This document shows positions 25,057 to 39,729 of a stretch of DNA of 64,000 nucleotides, piece after piece. The notes under the pieces were generated by a model. It had not been told where the DNA came from and did no database searches. It saw only the letters and a list, made by a program, of their open reading frames with translations. Each line of letters opens with the position of its first letter. Position 1 is the stretch's first letter. Origin of the DNA: Octopus bimaculoides (Eukaryota); NCBI RefSeq assembly GCF_001194135.2, contig NC_068984.1, forward strand, positions 120,889,550 through 120,953,549, in the 5' to 3' direction. Made by a program: the position numbers and the translations under genes.

Positions 25057-25095
25057 GTGCTGAAGACGCCTTTTGAAGTAGAAACACATGTCCAC
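25057..25095 (+). ncRNA. Minimal type-I hammerhead ribozyme motif (Penelope-like), core intact, stem II decayed
   Basis: GTG-CTGAAGA-cgccttttgaagta-GAAAC-acat-GTC-CAC. Stem I GTG/CAC, stem III AC/GT with palindromic ACATGT, GUC cleavage triplet at 25090-25092. Confidence 0.65.
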
Positions 25096-25396
25096 TTGAC
25101 GCTGTTTTGTCCTTACTGAAATTTCAATTTTTGAGAATCATTGAGAATATCTCCTCTTCTCACTCACAGTTAAGCCTCATTACCATCAGATGATTGTTCT
25201 TCTGCCTTTTAAAAAGCGGATATAATTTCAAGAATTCAAGAATTTGTCTTGTACGGTATATAATATACCATTATTCGCTTTTGTTGGTTAAATTATTGGT
25301 ACTGGCTACTCTGAATTATTTCTCTTAATCGTTCAATACATACATACATAAATGTTCACATATACACACGTACATACACATATTGATACGTACATA

Positions 25397-25468
<72 letters not shown>

Positions 25469-26049
25469 TATTCACTCACGTATGTTTATGTGCGTGTTTA
25501 TGTATGCATGTATATATGTACGTATGAGTGTGTATGTATGTATGATATATGTACGTATGAATGAATGAATGGGTGTGTACGTGTTTAACTGTATGAATAT
25601 GTATATAAAGCAGCTGAAGTTTCTGAGAGGGTATATCAAATGCAAACGTATCCTAAAGATGTATTCATTACATTTATATGATACATCCTTAGATCTGAAA
25701 TAGCTTTTACTATCAAGTCTGCAGAGTTGGAGGGAATCGTGTGCTGTAAGGTGAAGTGAATTCAAACGGTCTTCAGTCGCCAGAATCCTGTTCAGAACAT
25801 CCTGTTAAACGAAAATATTCAGCTCTGTAAAATTTCAACGAACTGATTTTTTTACCGGCTCAAACAATTTCTGGTTTCCTCAGATGGTTGTATTTATATT
25901 TATTTCACTTGTGAATGGCTATACGAATCTATGATATTAGAATGACATGTTCATGTAAATAACTGTCTCTATTAGTAGGTAATAATAATGACAATTGTTT
26001 ATTATTATTTTTTTCTCATTTATGATTATTTAATATCAATGATAATAAT

Positions 26050-26290
26050 TCATCTAAATTTTGGTACAAGGCCAGACATTTGGGTGGAAGGTGCTTAGTA
26101 GATTGAATAGCCCCCAGAACTTGACAGTTACTTTGTTTTACCGACCGCGAAAGATGAAGGCAAAGTCGACCTCAGCGGTATTTAAGGTCAGCACGTAAAT
26201 AGGAATGCTACTAAGCTTTATGTCCGACGTAAATAGGAATGCTGTTCAGTATTATGTCCGACGTACTGACGATTTTCTCGTTAAACCCTG
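26050..26290 (-). mobile_element. SINE family A, diverged, with internal 34-bp tandem duplication
   Basis: gaaagatgaaggcaaagtcgacctcagcgg core; units at 26193-26226 and 26227-26260. Confidence 0.7.
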
Positions 26291-26482
26291 AAATTTTGTG
26301 GGAGGAGATCAGTGAGTTTCCTGAATTATTGAAATATCAATTTACGTTAATAAATTTTTTGTTTAAATCCCACTGCGGCCACCTTTGCCTTTTAGCCTTT
26401 GGGAATCGATAACATACAATACAACTCATACGCTGGGATCAATGGTAGCGACTTAGCTCCTCTCTTCAAAAAAGTATTAACC

Positions 26483-26668
26483 TGCGAGCTCAGAGGATCG
26501 TTAGCAGGCCGGACAAAACGCTTATCAGCATTTCGTCCGCTTTTACTTTCTGAGTTGAAATTCCACCGAGGTTGGCTTTGCCTGTCATCCTTTCGGGGTC
26601 GATAAAGTAAGTATCAGTACTAGTTCCCTTCTCCAATTTTCAGGCCTTGTGCCTACATTAGAAATTAT
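26483..26668 (+). mobile_element. SINE family A with 3' internal deletion
   Basis: gcgagctcagaggatcgttagc...gagttgaaattcc...catcctttcggggtcgataaag...ggccttgtgcc. Confidence 0.8.
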
Positions 26669-26685
26669 TATTTTGCTGTTTTTTC

Positions 26686-26686
<1 letters not shown>

Positions 26687-26735
<49 letters not shown>

Positions 26736-26745
26736 CAGCAGTAGT
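26687..26745. repeat. (AGT)n microsatellite
   Basis: Direct reading. Confidence 0.95.
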
Positions 26746-27649
26746 GATAGTAATTTATCCTTATTGGTTTTAGAAATACATCGAGATTTTCTTTTCCCAA
26801 AATGAAGAAACACAAGAAAACGAATACACACGCAAAACCAATTGAGTATATCTTGAAAAATAAGCATAAAAATGTGTATTGACAAAACTGTATAAGAATA
26901 TAAAGGCAAGTTATAGCAGAATCGCAAAAATGTCTTCATAATGGTTTATGATGTTTATAGTGTTTTAGGTTCTTAGTTTTCCGCCGAGGTCATCTTTACC
27001 TAATGAAGAATTAGGTTCGATTTTATCGACTAACTTCTGTCGCCAAATTTGTGGCCTTCTGCCTGTGTCAGAAACAATTTCCTTTCTCAAAGGTGTTTAG
27101 TAGTATCGGTAGAGTAACTAACAAAATTGCTTTGTTGTATCAAGTTACGTGACTTCACGTTTTGTGTTCAAATCCCGTCGAAATATATACTTTAACACTC
27201 ATCCTTCCAGGATCGATAATCAGAATATACGAGCCAGTTACTGGGTTGATTTAATCAATTATATGTGCCCCTGTAAAATTTCAGTACTTGCACTTATTGC
27301 ATAAAATATTGTTTATTGTTTCATTTTTAGCAAATTAGCAGAACAATGGAACAAAACAGTTTTATTTTCCTCCCGATATTTTTAAGAGGTCAAATACTAA
27401 TAAGGCCAATATACTTTCATAAATTCTGACAGAAAATAATCTAAGAATTCAGGCAAAATAATGGATGAGTGGGGGAACAATATAGACAACGTCCCTTATA
27501 TTTCTGGCTTGTGTCAATTAATATGGGACATCATTATAACTATAAACTGACTTACTTCAACCACAATTCATTGTATTTTATCATAGCAGAACTAAATCTA
27601 CCATAGTTTTGAACATGGTAATGATCAGAACTATATTAAGTACCAATAA

Positions 27650-28272
27650 GGCAGCGAGCTGACAGAAACGTTGGCATGCAGGGCGAAATGCTTATTGGTA
27701 TTTCATCTGTCTTTACGTTCTGAGTTCAAATTCCGCCGAGGTCGACTTTGCCTTTCATCCTTTCGGGGTCGATAAATTAAGTACCAGTTACGTACTGGGA
27801 TCGATGTAATCGACTTAATCCGTTTGTCTATCCTTGTTTGTCCCCTCTATGTTTAGCCCCTTGTGTGCAATAAAGAAATAAGAAACATTAGTATGCTGGG
27901 CGAAATGCTTATTGGTATTTCATCTGTCTTTACGTTCTGAGTTCAAATTCCGCCGAGGTCGACTTTGCCTTTCANNNNNNNNNNNNNNNNNNNNNNNNNN
28001 NNNNNNNNNNNNNNNNNNNNNNNNNNNNNNNNNNNNNNNNNNNNNNNNNNNNNNNNNNNNNNNNNNNNNNNNNNNNNNNNNNNNNNNNNNNAGGGCGAAA
28101 TGCTTATTGGTATTTCATCTGTCTTTACGTTCTGAGTTCAAATTCCGCCGAGGTCGACTTTGCCTTTCATCCTTTCGGGGTCGATAAATTAAGTGCCTGT
28201 TGCGTACTGGGTCGATCTAATCGACTGGTCCCCTCCTCCAAAATTTCGGGCCTTGTGCCTAGAGTAGAAAAG
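27650..28272 (+). repeat. Head-to-tail tandem multimer of SINE family A (217-bp period, at least 3 units, spans an N gap)
   Basis: gggcgaaatgcttattggtatttcatctg at 27681, 27898 and 28093. Units 1 and 2 are joined by a linker; the last unit has the normal tail. Confidence 0.9.
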
Positions 28273-31200
28273 TATATTACTAAAAGGCACTCTGCCACTT
28301 CTGTCAGTACATTCCTGTTTTGTTGCTGTTCTTTTTTGCTTCATTAATATTCATCTTCTTTCAGAGTAAAAATTACAACCAAACCCTAAATCGGAGTTAA
28401 AGCAGGTAAAATTATACACCCGACATCGTTTTATAACTTGCAATAATAATATTTTTTAAAATTTGATTACCTTATTTAACTGTCTTTGTATATCTTACTT
28501 TTTTTTTTCATTTTTGCTTATTCATTTTTATCCTTTATGCATTTGAATTCTTGTTTTTTTTTTATTTTTGTCATTTTTTATTTCTGCTATGATTTCAGTT
28601 TCACCCATGAAATGTATAGCATTTTTTCAAAATACTTTTCTATTCATCAAAATTCTTTAATATTTGCATATATTCTAACTTACCTATTACACACGCGCAC
28701 ATACATATGCATGCATACACATACTACTACATATACATACCTACTGCGAACATAGCCATGCCGAGAGAAGTTACCAACGGAGATGTGCATAACCAAGATG
28801 GAGATTACATACATTTATTTGCTAGTAGAAACGTTTTCATTTATTGCTAAGCGTAGATTTAAGAGAATTGAATGCATTTAAAGTCGGTATCACTAATTGT
28901 CATACTCTGCAAGTGTATGGACAAACAATATTTACCCAGATATATACGCAACTCTACAGATAGAGGCCAAGGCTGCGCGACAGAAATTCGCCTCACAATC
29001 ACAAAGTCCACCTCGACTTGCTTTAGGCATGTAACTTCTACCAAGGCCATGAATTGACCAAGCCGTGTGGGTGAAATTTGGTACATGGAAACTATTTGGA
29101 AGCTCTAAAATGGTCTAATGAAAAGAGTAACGAGCATTTAACCGAAAGATCATCATTTCGCGCCCTGTCCATGGCACTGCGTGAGGTCAATGATAATGAC
29201 ATTTAACTCTTGAAATGACCCAGTTCATCTATCCGTAAATAGATACCGAGTTCTGATTACACAAGGAGAGAAAATTGAACTCGAATGGAAGCGATGTTAA
29301 ACTGCATTTGTAACGTACCAGGAATGCTCTTCGAATGCAACTGATACATAAGATCACCAGAAGTCAAAATATTACATGACACTCCCTTCCATCATCCACA
29401 TCATTTAACTTGCATTGATATGTATAGGATCAACGCATGTTATACATTTAAAATATTCCGTTTCTTTGTAACTGTAATCAATAATCAGCGATATCTTAAT
29501 TTTCTACATTAAACAGCTTCAAAAACTGATGAAAAACCCCCGGAACTTGGTAAAATGATAAAATCTTTGATGGCACTATAAGAAAAAGCATGAAATCATA
29601 AACTGTCCTTTATAACAAAAATAACTTTTTTACGATTTTCATTTTTTTTTTCTTCCATCTACGTTGTGTGGAATATATCATCGTAACTTTAATAACAAAA
29701 AGTAACAGCCATTGAATAATGGGCACTAAAAATATACTGATAAACGATTGCTCGCTAATTACACGTAGGAATGTGTATGGGCGCGCATGCGTGCGTTGCA
29801 TCGTTGTTTAAACATAGGTCAACCCTGACTGAGTACAACTATTATCAGAAAAGACCAAAACATATTCCTTCAGTTATTTTTTTTTTCGGGTATAGTGTAT
29901 CTAAGAATTCTTGTTTGCAGTATATCCTTTGTTTAAGGTGACAATTTAAGAGACATTTAATAGATTTACAACGTAGACACTCCATCATTGCCTTGGATGT
30001 TTATATATATGTATGTATATGTGTTTGTGAGTATGTATATGTGTATGTATATGTGTATGTGCGTGTGTGCGTATATCAATACTTTTTCGTGAACAGAGCC
30101 AGTGCCAGTCCTACAATATGCACCCTCTTCTCTCAACCCTGTGATGTGTACCTCTTTCTTCCCGCTCCATGATAAGCACTCCTTCTCTTAGTTCTCCCTT
30201 TAACAATTTTTCCTACAAATTCATTCAGCCATCACTCCCTTTACACCAGCTAAAAAATTAATTGAAAAATTATATTAACTTTTACAAAAGCCACTTATTA
30301 TATTTTTGATATTTTACATCAACGACCAAATCTGTTATCGAACAAATATTTCACGTCAAATCATTTTACAAGTGATTAGAGTATCCGATGATCTCGTCGC
30401 CCTTCCCACATTCCTACGCTCTCTTTCCTCCTCCTCCTCCACCTCCTCCTCCNNNNNNNNNNNNNNNNNNNNNNNNNNNNNNNNNNNNNNNNNNNNNNNN
30501 NNNNNNNNNNNNNNNNNNNNNNNNNNNNNNNNNNNNNNNNNNNNNNNNNNNNNNNNNNNNNNNNNNNNNNNNNNNNNNNNNNNNNNNNNNNNNNNNNNNN
30601 NNNNNNNNNNNNNNNNNNNNNNNNNNNNNNNNNNNNNNNNNNNNNNNNNNNNNNNNNNNNNNNNNNNNNNNNNNNNNNNNNNNNNNNNNNNNNNNNNNNN
30701 NNNNNNNNNNNNNNNNNNNNNNNNNNNNNNNNNNNNNNNNNNNNNNNNNNNNNNNNNNNNNNNNNNNNNNNNNNNNNNNNNNNNNNNNNNNNNNNNNNNN
30801 NNNNNNNNNNNNNNNNNNNNNNNNNNNNNNNNNNNNNNNNNNNNNNNNNNNNNNNNNNNNNNNNNNNNNNNNNNNNNNNNNNNNNNNNNNNNNNNNNNNN
30901 NNNNNNNNNNNNNNNNNNNNNNNNNNNNNNNNNNNNNNNNNNNNNNNNNNNNNNNNNNNNNNNNNNNNNNNNNNNNNNNNNNNNNNNNNNNNNNNNNNNN
31001 NNNNNNNNNNNNNNNNNNNNNNNNNNNNNNNNNNNNNNNNNNNNNNNNNNNNNNNNNNNNNNNNNNNNNNNNNNNNNNNNNNNNNNNNNNNNNNNNNNNN
31101 NNNNNNNNNNNNNNNNNNNNNNNNNNNNNNNNNNNNNNNNNNNNNNNNNNNNNNNNNNNNNNNNNNNNNNNNNNNNNNNNNNNNNNNNNNNNNNNNNNNN

Positions 31201-32209
31201 NNNNNNNNNNNNNNNNNNNNNNNNNTATATATACTAAATTCTAATTGTTTACTGAAAAATATTGTTTACCAGTGTAATGTAGAAACAAAGCGCTCTCTCG
31301 GAGACTTCTCTTTTAGCCCTTTCAAACAACGCTTTAATCAACAGACTTACTGAAACAAATTCAGAAGACTTAACACTTTGCAGTTCATGACATCTGGGAT
31401 TAAAGCCTAGAATATGACTGAAGATTTAAAATTTTATCTAAATCGAATTGATATTCTGTAAACAAGAGTTATGATATTATAATAGTTATATATATTGCTG
31501 AAATCATAGAAATAATTTAATTAAAATCCCTACCATCCAAAAAGCATTTAGAGAAAATTTCGTCCCACATCTATGAAACATTTCAAACATTTTTTTTTTT
31601 TTTCATTTTACCACTGTAAGTAATAATACATAATTTAGCACCACCCTAACGTGTGTAGTTTTTATTATCCCGTCCCTAGTAACCCAATATATAAACACAT
31701 GTATAAATTCAATCCAACTTTAATTTGTATACCAGTTACTATGTACCGCAGTGAGCCAATTAAGTAATTAAGTAATTAGAACATCCTGTCTTCCTTAAAA
31801 TAAGTAACTATTTAATACTTATTTTAACCTTTCTACTCGTTTTAGCTTGTACTTTTAATTTCCCCCCTATATATAACTCTAGGAATAGCTTTCTATATTC
31901 TTTTATTCTATGTTAGTATTTATATGTTTCTTATTCAAATTTACTCATCGATTTATTACTCATTTTTGTTACGATCTGATTCATATTACCTATTTTCTTT
32001 TCTTAGAGTGGCAACATTCAAGCCTTATTTTATCAAATCTTTTTTCTTTGTTTCCACCTATTGCTCTACAAATCCTCTCTGTATGCAACTATATATGTAT
32101 ATATGTGTTTATAGATGTATATAGGTACGTATATATGGGTGTATTTTATATATATACACATACATATGTATATACACACGTATATATATATATACATACA
32201 CATACAAAC

Positions 32210-32244
<35 letters not shown>

Positions 32245-32307
32245 GATGCACATATATATACGCATATATATACACATATATATACATATATATAGACACA
32301 TATATAT

Positions 32308-32375
<68 letters not shown>

Positions 32376-33382
32376 NNNNNNNNNNNNNNNNNNNNNNNNN
32401 NNNNNNNNNNNNNNNNNNNNNNNNNNNNNNNNNNNNNNNNNNNNNNNNNNNNNNNNNNNNNNNNNNNNNNNNNNNNNNNNNNNNNNNNNNNNNNNNNNNN
32501 NNNNNNNNNNNNNNNNNNNNNNNNNNNNNNNNNNNNATATATATATATATATATATATATATATACTTGCGGCTTCACGTTTTCTTTACGAAATTCACCC
32601 AATATATTTTATATGCGACAGACTTCTTAAGCTTCAACGTAATGCGGTGAAATCGTCTTTCCGTTATTAAAGGAGAGTACTTTATTCGAGTGTGCGTTTC
32701 TACGTCTAAATTCATGTTCTTCATAATCTTTACACTTTTATTCCCAAGTGTTTTCTAACAGTCATTTGATTTGTTTTTTCATTGCTTCTTTTCATCCAAG
32801 TTCATCACAACAGGTCAGCTCCTTTTATAAACAACCAGTAGAGAATCAGTAATTAAACAAGTCCTGTTATGCCACGCTACGCCACACCGCACATGAACAG
32901 GTCTGCTAATCTGACACATAACTGTTCATCTCGATCTTGAATGGTGAAATGTCATTTCATCAACGTAGATTTCCGGTGTCAGCCAGTGAGATGGGAATGG
33001 GGAAGTCTTGAAAATATATATTTACCGAGTTACTGATAGATGCCATAGTTTGGTGAGAGGGCATGATCATCTCTCCTGAGACCTTCTAAAGGGATTAAAT
33101 ATTAAGCTTGTCTAACGTTCTATGAAGTTGGTTAAAGAAAGCACAAGACGTCGTACTTCTAACAGAGTTTATTGAAGATAGAGAACTCATAATATCGCTT
33201 ATTGCACATACAAGATTTGCAGGTTCACTGGCTTTAAACACGGCCCTAAATTGAAAACACAGCACACCAACAGCTATCATATTTAAACACATAGAGACGA
33301 ACAGTTGCGAATACACGCATTCATAAGCACAAACGCACACATATGTATATACCTATATATGTGTACACGCGTACACATATAT

Positions 33383-33414
<32 letters not shown>

Positions 33415-33789
33415 NNNNNNNNNNNNNNNNNNNNNNNNNNNNNNNNNNNNNNNNNNNNNNNNNNNNNNNNNNNNNNNNNNNNNNNNNNNNNNNNNNNNTA
33501 TATATGCATGCACGTATATATGCTTTCATATATAATTTAAGGGGTGAAAAGTTCATAGAAACATGCCCAAGCCACTTAGAATAATAAAGAACTTATAAAG
33601 AAGTCTAAGTAACTTTGATACATAGCCGTGAATCTGGTAAAATATATATCTTGTTCCTGACGAGATTTAAGATGAAAAGAAATACATTTTCTGGGACCCA
33701 CGATAATGATGGATTAAATGTATTCGTGCATGCATGTGTGTGTGTGTGTGTGTGCGTGTGGTCATCGGCATTAACGTCGTTGTCATCTG

Positions 33790-34230
33790 TATTAAATCTA
33801 TAGCTAGGGTGTTGGCCTCTTCATCTTGGTGGGTGCGGAGAGTGCCGGTGTCTGAGATGGGTGTTCAAGTGAAGGGCGGTATAGAAGAGCCATGGCATTT
33901 ATGGTAGGTTAAAGTTGGAGGGAGACGAGAAAGTGCGATTCGTTATTTGCGTCTTTGACGTTTGACCTCTGCCTCTTGACGTCTGTTATTTTCCGTCTGG
34001 TCTGTGCCCTCGACGATAACATGCCGCCACTTTGAGTAGTTCCTGGCGATTGTCTTCCAAGTACAAGGAAGGTGGCCTTGTACTGGTCTCGGAAAACGGG
34101 ATCTGGGAGCTCCGCATAGTCTGGTGTCTGAGGCAAACTCCGCAAAGAGAGTTGACGAGAAATGCGCGGTTGAGGTATACGTATGATGTGTCCCGACCAG
34201 TGGAGGCGTTGTTATGCCATGGCAGCGTCA
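33790..34230 (-). pseudogene. RTE-clade LINE 3' fragment, frameshifted
   Basis: Minus strand gives QRLHWSGHIIRIPQPRISRQL...FRDQYKATF, then after a frameshift WKTIARNYSKWRHVIVEGTDQTENNRRQEAEVKRQRRK, typical of the RTE/BovB ORF C-terminus. Confidence 0.8.
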
Positions 34231-34364
34231 TGTATGTATGTATCCATGTACGTATGTATGGGTATGTGTATATGTGTGTGTTTATGTATATATGTGTGTG
34301 TGTACGTATATTTGTGTGTATATATCTATGTATATATTTGTGTGTGTGTGTGTGTGTGTGTGTG

Positions 34365-34543
34365 TCTTTGTGTCTGTGTTTTTCCTTCTATCACTGCCTG
34401 ACAATCTGTGCTGGTGTGTTTATGAAGAACTAGGCGTAAAAATAATAAGTCCTAGGGTCGAATTGTTCAACTAAAATCCTTCAAGGCAGTGCTCCAGCAT
34501 GGCCACTGTCAAATTACTGAAACAAGTAAAAGAATAAAAGAAT
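34365..34543 (+). mobile_element. SINE family B 3' half
   Basis: aataagtcctagggtcg...ccttcaaggcagtgctccagcatggccactgtcaaattactgaaacaagtaaaagaataaaag. Confidence 0.8.
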
Positions 34544-35606
34544 ATGTATATATGTGTATGTATAAATATATATTCACACACAAATATGCACACACGCGCA
34601 CAAGACTTTCTGCGTATAAGTATTTATTATTCAATAGAACTACGGAGTGTTTATTTTAGATATACCATGATAGGTGTAAAGAAGATTCACTGTGGACTTC
34701 GTTAGAAAGTGTCCAAGTTTACCTTTGCAGTGAAAAGAAGATTCTGTGATTCAGCCAATTGTTTTCTCACTTGGTTAGAAAGAAGGAGATCAGCTACTCT
34801 GGTAAGGGCAGTTTTTTGCTGCTTTAGCAGATGTGCTGCTTTATGAACTTTCCTGACCAAAGAGAAAATCTTATTTTATAGTTATCTATATTAATGGAAC
34901 TAAGTTCGTCTTCTCTAATTTGCACAGCACAGTGCAATCTCTGGCACGTAGAATTAGCGAAGAAGTGCCGGCAGTATTTAGTCCTCTGCATGTTTATGTT
35001 TACTATTAACTACTACACGATGTTATTGTTTAGGATAGATAGATGTTTGTTTGTATGAATGATACGTTTGTGTGTGTGAGTTTCTGCATGTGTGCGTGCT
35101 TCTGTGTGTGTGTGTGTGCGTGTGTGTGTGTGTGTATCTACTGTACGTGAGGGAGGAGGAAAGTGGTTTTGTTTAGAGTCATATTGCTCATGCAATCTTT
35201 TAAGTCAAACAGAAATTATCTAATGTTATGGCAAGATTATTAAAACATGTTAAATTTAGCCTTTGAACGTTTGCTCTTAAATTTGTGACTATTGAATTAT
35301 CAAAGCATAAACAGTCTGTAATAACAAAACATCTTGTAAAACTGCTGAAGCTGTGTGTATTCAACATTGGGTAGTATTTGTATGAGTAAAACAATACAAT
35401 AAATATGTAATAAAAGTTATTCAACATGTCTGAAAATGTATTAAAACGCGTTGGCGTTATGTTTTAAACAATTCTTTTCACACACAGATGAACACACTCA
35501 CACACAAAGGAAACCGCACGAACACATTTAACTTATGTCTGCATATTAAACCTCATGGGCGGTCTATTATAATAGATAAGTAGATAAATACAATTTTATG
35601 AATTAA

Positions 35607-36756
<1,150 letters not shown>

Positions 36757-38994
36757 TTTGTCAACCCGACATTATGTTAGCTGATACTTGCCAAGTTGCT
36801 GCTGCGCAGTGGGACTGAAGTCCATCCCACATGGTTGCGGGTTTAGGATTTCGTAATCGACAAATTACTGCTTAGTTCTTTACTTTTTGTTTTCTGATCC
36901 TTTCTGTTGAAGTTTGTTGTCCGTGTAAAGACATCTGTCTAGGTGAATGTGTGTATGTGTTTTAAATATATACATGAGATGTGGGTAAGAGTGTTTTCAA
37001 AACTGGTCTACAAGATACTCTCACATTTAGAGTTGACAAAGGCTCGCTAGATGTTTCCAATAGTTAGCATGATATTGAACACGGTACAAATCATTGTCTA
37101 GTATTTGATATGTAGTTTCAACCAATGAACTTTGAAGATTCAGTATACTGAAATGATAAAGTACGAGAACCGAAACACCATATAAACTCTTTTCATTTTT
37201 ATAAAAGACAACTTGCCATTGCCTTTATTAATAACTTTATGACATCTCAAATAAATTGTTGTTTGCAAAGCGTACAAAGTAAAGCGCACAAGATTTTATC
37301 ACATTCCCCACGTACATATATCACTTAAAATTTTTGTTTATTGTAATTATTTTCATTCCATTCATGTAAGAATGAATTTTTCTAATTAATTTTTTTTTAT
37401 ATTTCATATTATTTTGTTTTGTTTTATATAGGTATGTTTTTATTACACATATGTATCAATATTGCATTTCCTTTTGATAAACACTGAATAAAAAAAGATT
37501 ATTTGTTTCTTTCTACCTACACCTCTGCACTTAATGACTAATTCTAAACCCTCCCCTTTATCTAGATTCACTCATGTCCTCTATTAAACACTGCAAGAGA
37601 GTAAACTTTTACTCACAGTTTTTTTTTCTTCTTGCACAAGCACAGGATTTCTTACAAAAATCCTTTGGTTCTGACATAATTAATTGTTGACTGCTATCAA
37701 TCTTTTATCCTCTAATGTCATATTTTCTTCACATTAACAATTCTTTCTTTAATCAACAATTACTCTAATTATTCTAATTAAAATTGACCTAATTTAAATT
37801 TATTTTTTTACTTTCAATTAATTTTACCGTCTTAATTTTCAAACGTTTATATTTTTTTTTTTGTAGTTTATTTACTGTTCTCTCATTTACAGACTCGTTA
37901 GAATATAGATCACACGTGTATTCGAATAGATGTATCATTGATTCGAATATAATAACTGATTAATTTTCTTTACTCAAATTCTTACCTTAAAATATCTCTT
38001 GGTAAAAGTCATATAGCCTGATATAATGTTCTGAGAAGTGACTGCGATCTGAAACGGGGTGAAATTGTTTCATTTAGGAAACAGAAACAAAGAGACATCA
38101 TGAAAGTAAATGTACTTCAATCGAGAATCGGAAAAAATGTCACCGTCTTGATGCTTCTTTATGCTATTTACACATTTTAACAAAACACATGCCAATCCCG
38201 ACTTCCCATAACTCCATATATATGGATTTTGTGCTTAGTAAAACGAAATAAATATCTAAATGTATCGACACAGATTTGTTTACTGTACAAAAGTATACTT
38301 ACTAGTTTGGAGCATGTATAATAATGTTTAAGAATGAAATTTAAACTACATACCTAAGTTCTTACTCAAAAGTGCAACTTGTTCATTGAACTCATACATA
38401 ATTTCGAATATCATAAAGAAATAGTTAGGATTCACTGAACTTGCTGATAAGAAGAAACTGTTTGTAACCACATTTAAAATCAGAACAAATTCAGTTAACT
38501 ATTTTGCACATTGAAGTTATTCAGACACTGACAAGAAATGGAAACTATGCTGTTAGCACCTGCAATACTATCAAAAATTTGAGGCTATTCCTAAATTTCA
38601 TTTCACATCAAATCTATATAGATTTTCAAGAAAGATATTTTTCAGTACAGCATTTAAGATATCGTTAGCTTAGTCATAGGACTGTCATCTAAAAAATTGA
38701 TGATTCGTATCATGATTAGTATCATGTCACAGCTACTATTTTTTGTTTGCAACCAAGTCACTTGACACTTAAACAATTAAACACTTCTAGCTGTGAAGTT
38801 AGAGATTAAGTGATACTCAACATTTTAAAGATGTTCATAAGCGCGATGAGTATTTCATTAGCTTCCAATGCTAAGCTTAATTTAAAGTTTGCTGGTAGAT
38901 ATGCTCGATTGAACTGAGTTTATCAAAATCGTCTTTGGCATCCCTACCATTAAACAAGTAACTCTCTCTCTCTCTCTCTCTCTCTCTATGTATG

Positions 38995-39073
<79 letters not shown>

Positions 39074-39224
39074 TATATAGTCACTGCGAAGATATATTAA
39101 CCTCTTAAAGGGATGATTTCATCCAAGTTAGACTGGATTATATTGTTATATTGTTATATTGTTGAGAAATATCTCTTCAATATAAACAGGTATATTATAA
39201 ATATCGAATATTATTAAGAGAATC

Positions 39225-39325
39225 GAGAGTTTAAATGGATCTAAATTAATTTATTAACATATTGTTAATTAAGCCAATATGTTAACAATATGTTAATAAA
39301 TTAAGCTATATCCTTTTAAACTCTC
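39225..39325. repeat. AT-rich inverted repeat: 44-bp arms, 13-nt loop
   Basis: Arms 39225-39268 and 39282-39325 pair at 40 of 44 positions. Confidence 0.9.
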
Positions 39326-39388
39326 CATTTGCTCACTTAATAATGATGATAAAAATAATAATAATAGCAATATGATTTTGTATTTCTC

Positions 39389-39729
39389 TATTATTCGGCG
39401 AATGGTTTCAATTTTGAACTCTCCATGATTTGTTTGAATTAGGTTGAGGAAATGATTTTACTAATTGAAATAATTACTGTACATTTTTACTATTTCCATT
39501 TATTGTTCTTTCTTCTATTTATAACAGTTTCTGGTGGTAAGCCGTCTAAAGTGTTTGAAGTGGAATCAGGAAGTGGTAATATCTCTAGTTATTTTATTTT
39601 CTACTGTTCAAGAATCATTTGTAGTTATTTGCATATTATTCGGCGAATGGTTTCAATTTTGAACTCTCCATGATTTGTTTGAATTAGGTTGAGGAAATGA
39701 TTTTACTAATTGAAATAATTACTGTACAT
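39389..39729 (+). repeat. ~96-bp direct repeat with 245-bp period, truncated by a gap
   Basis: tattattcggcgaatggtttc...ttactgtacat at 39389 and 39634. Confidence 0.9.

Noticed and set aside
27650-28272. CRISPR-like or ribozyme-bearing retrozyme interpretation of the tandem array
   Set aside because: No unique spacers, and no CUGANGA/GAAA core on either strand of the unit.
28859-29086. 75-aa minus-strand ORF with a possible GTAAAT donor
   Set aside because: Poor acceptor and no recognisable homology.
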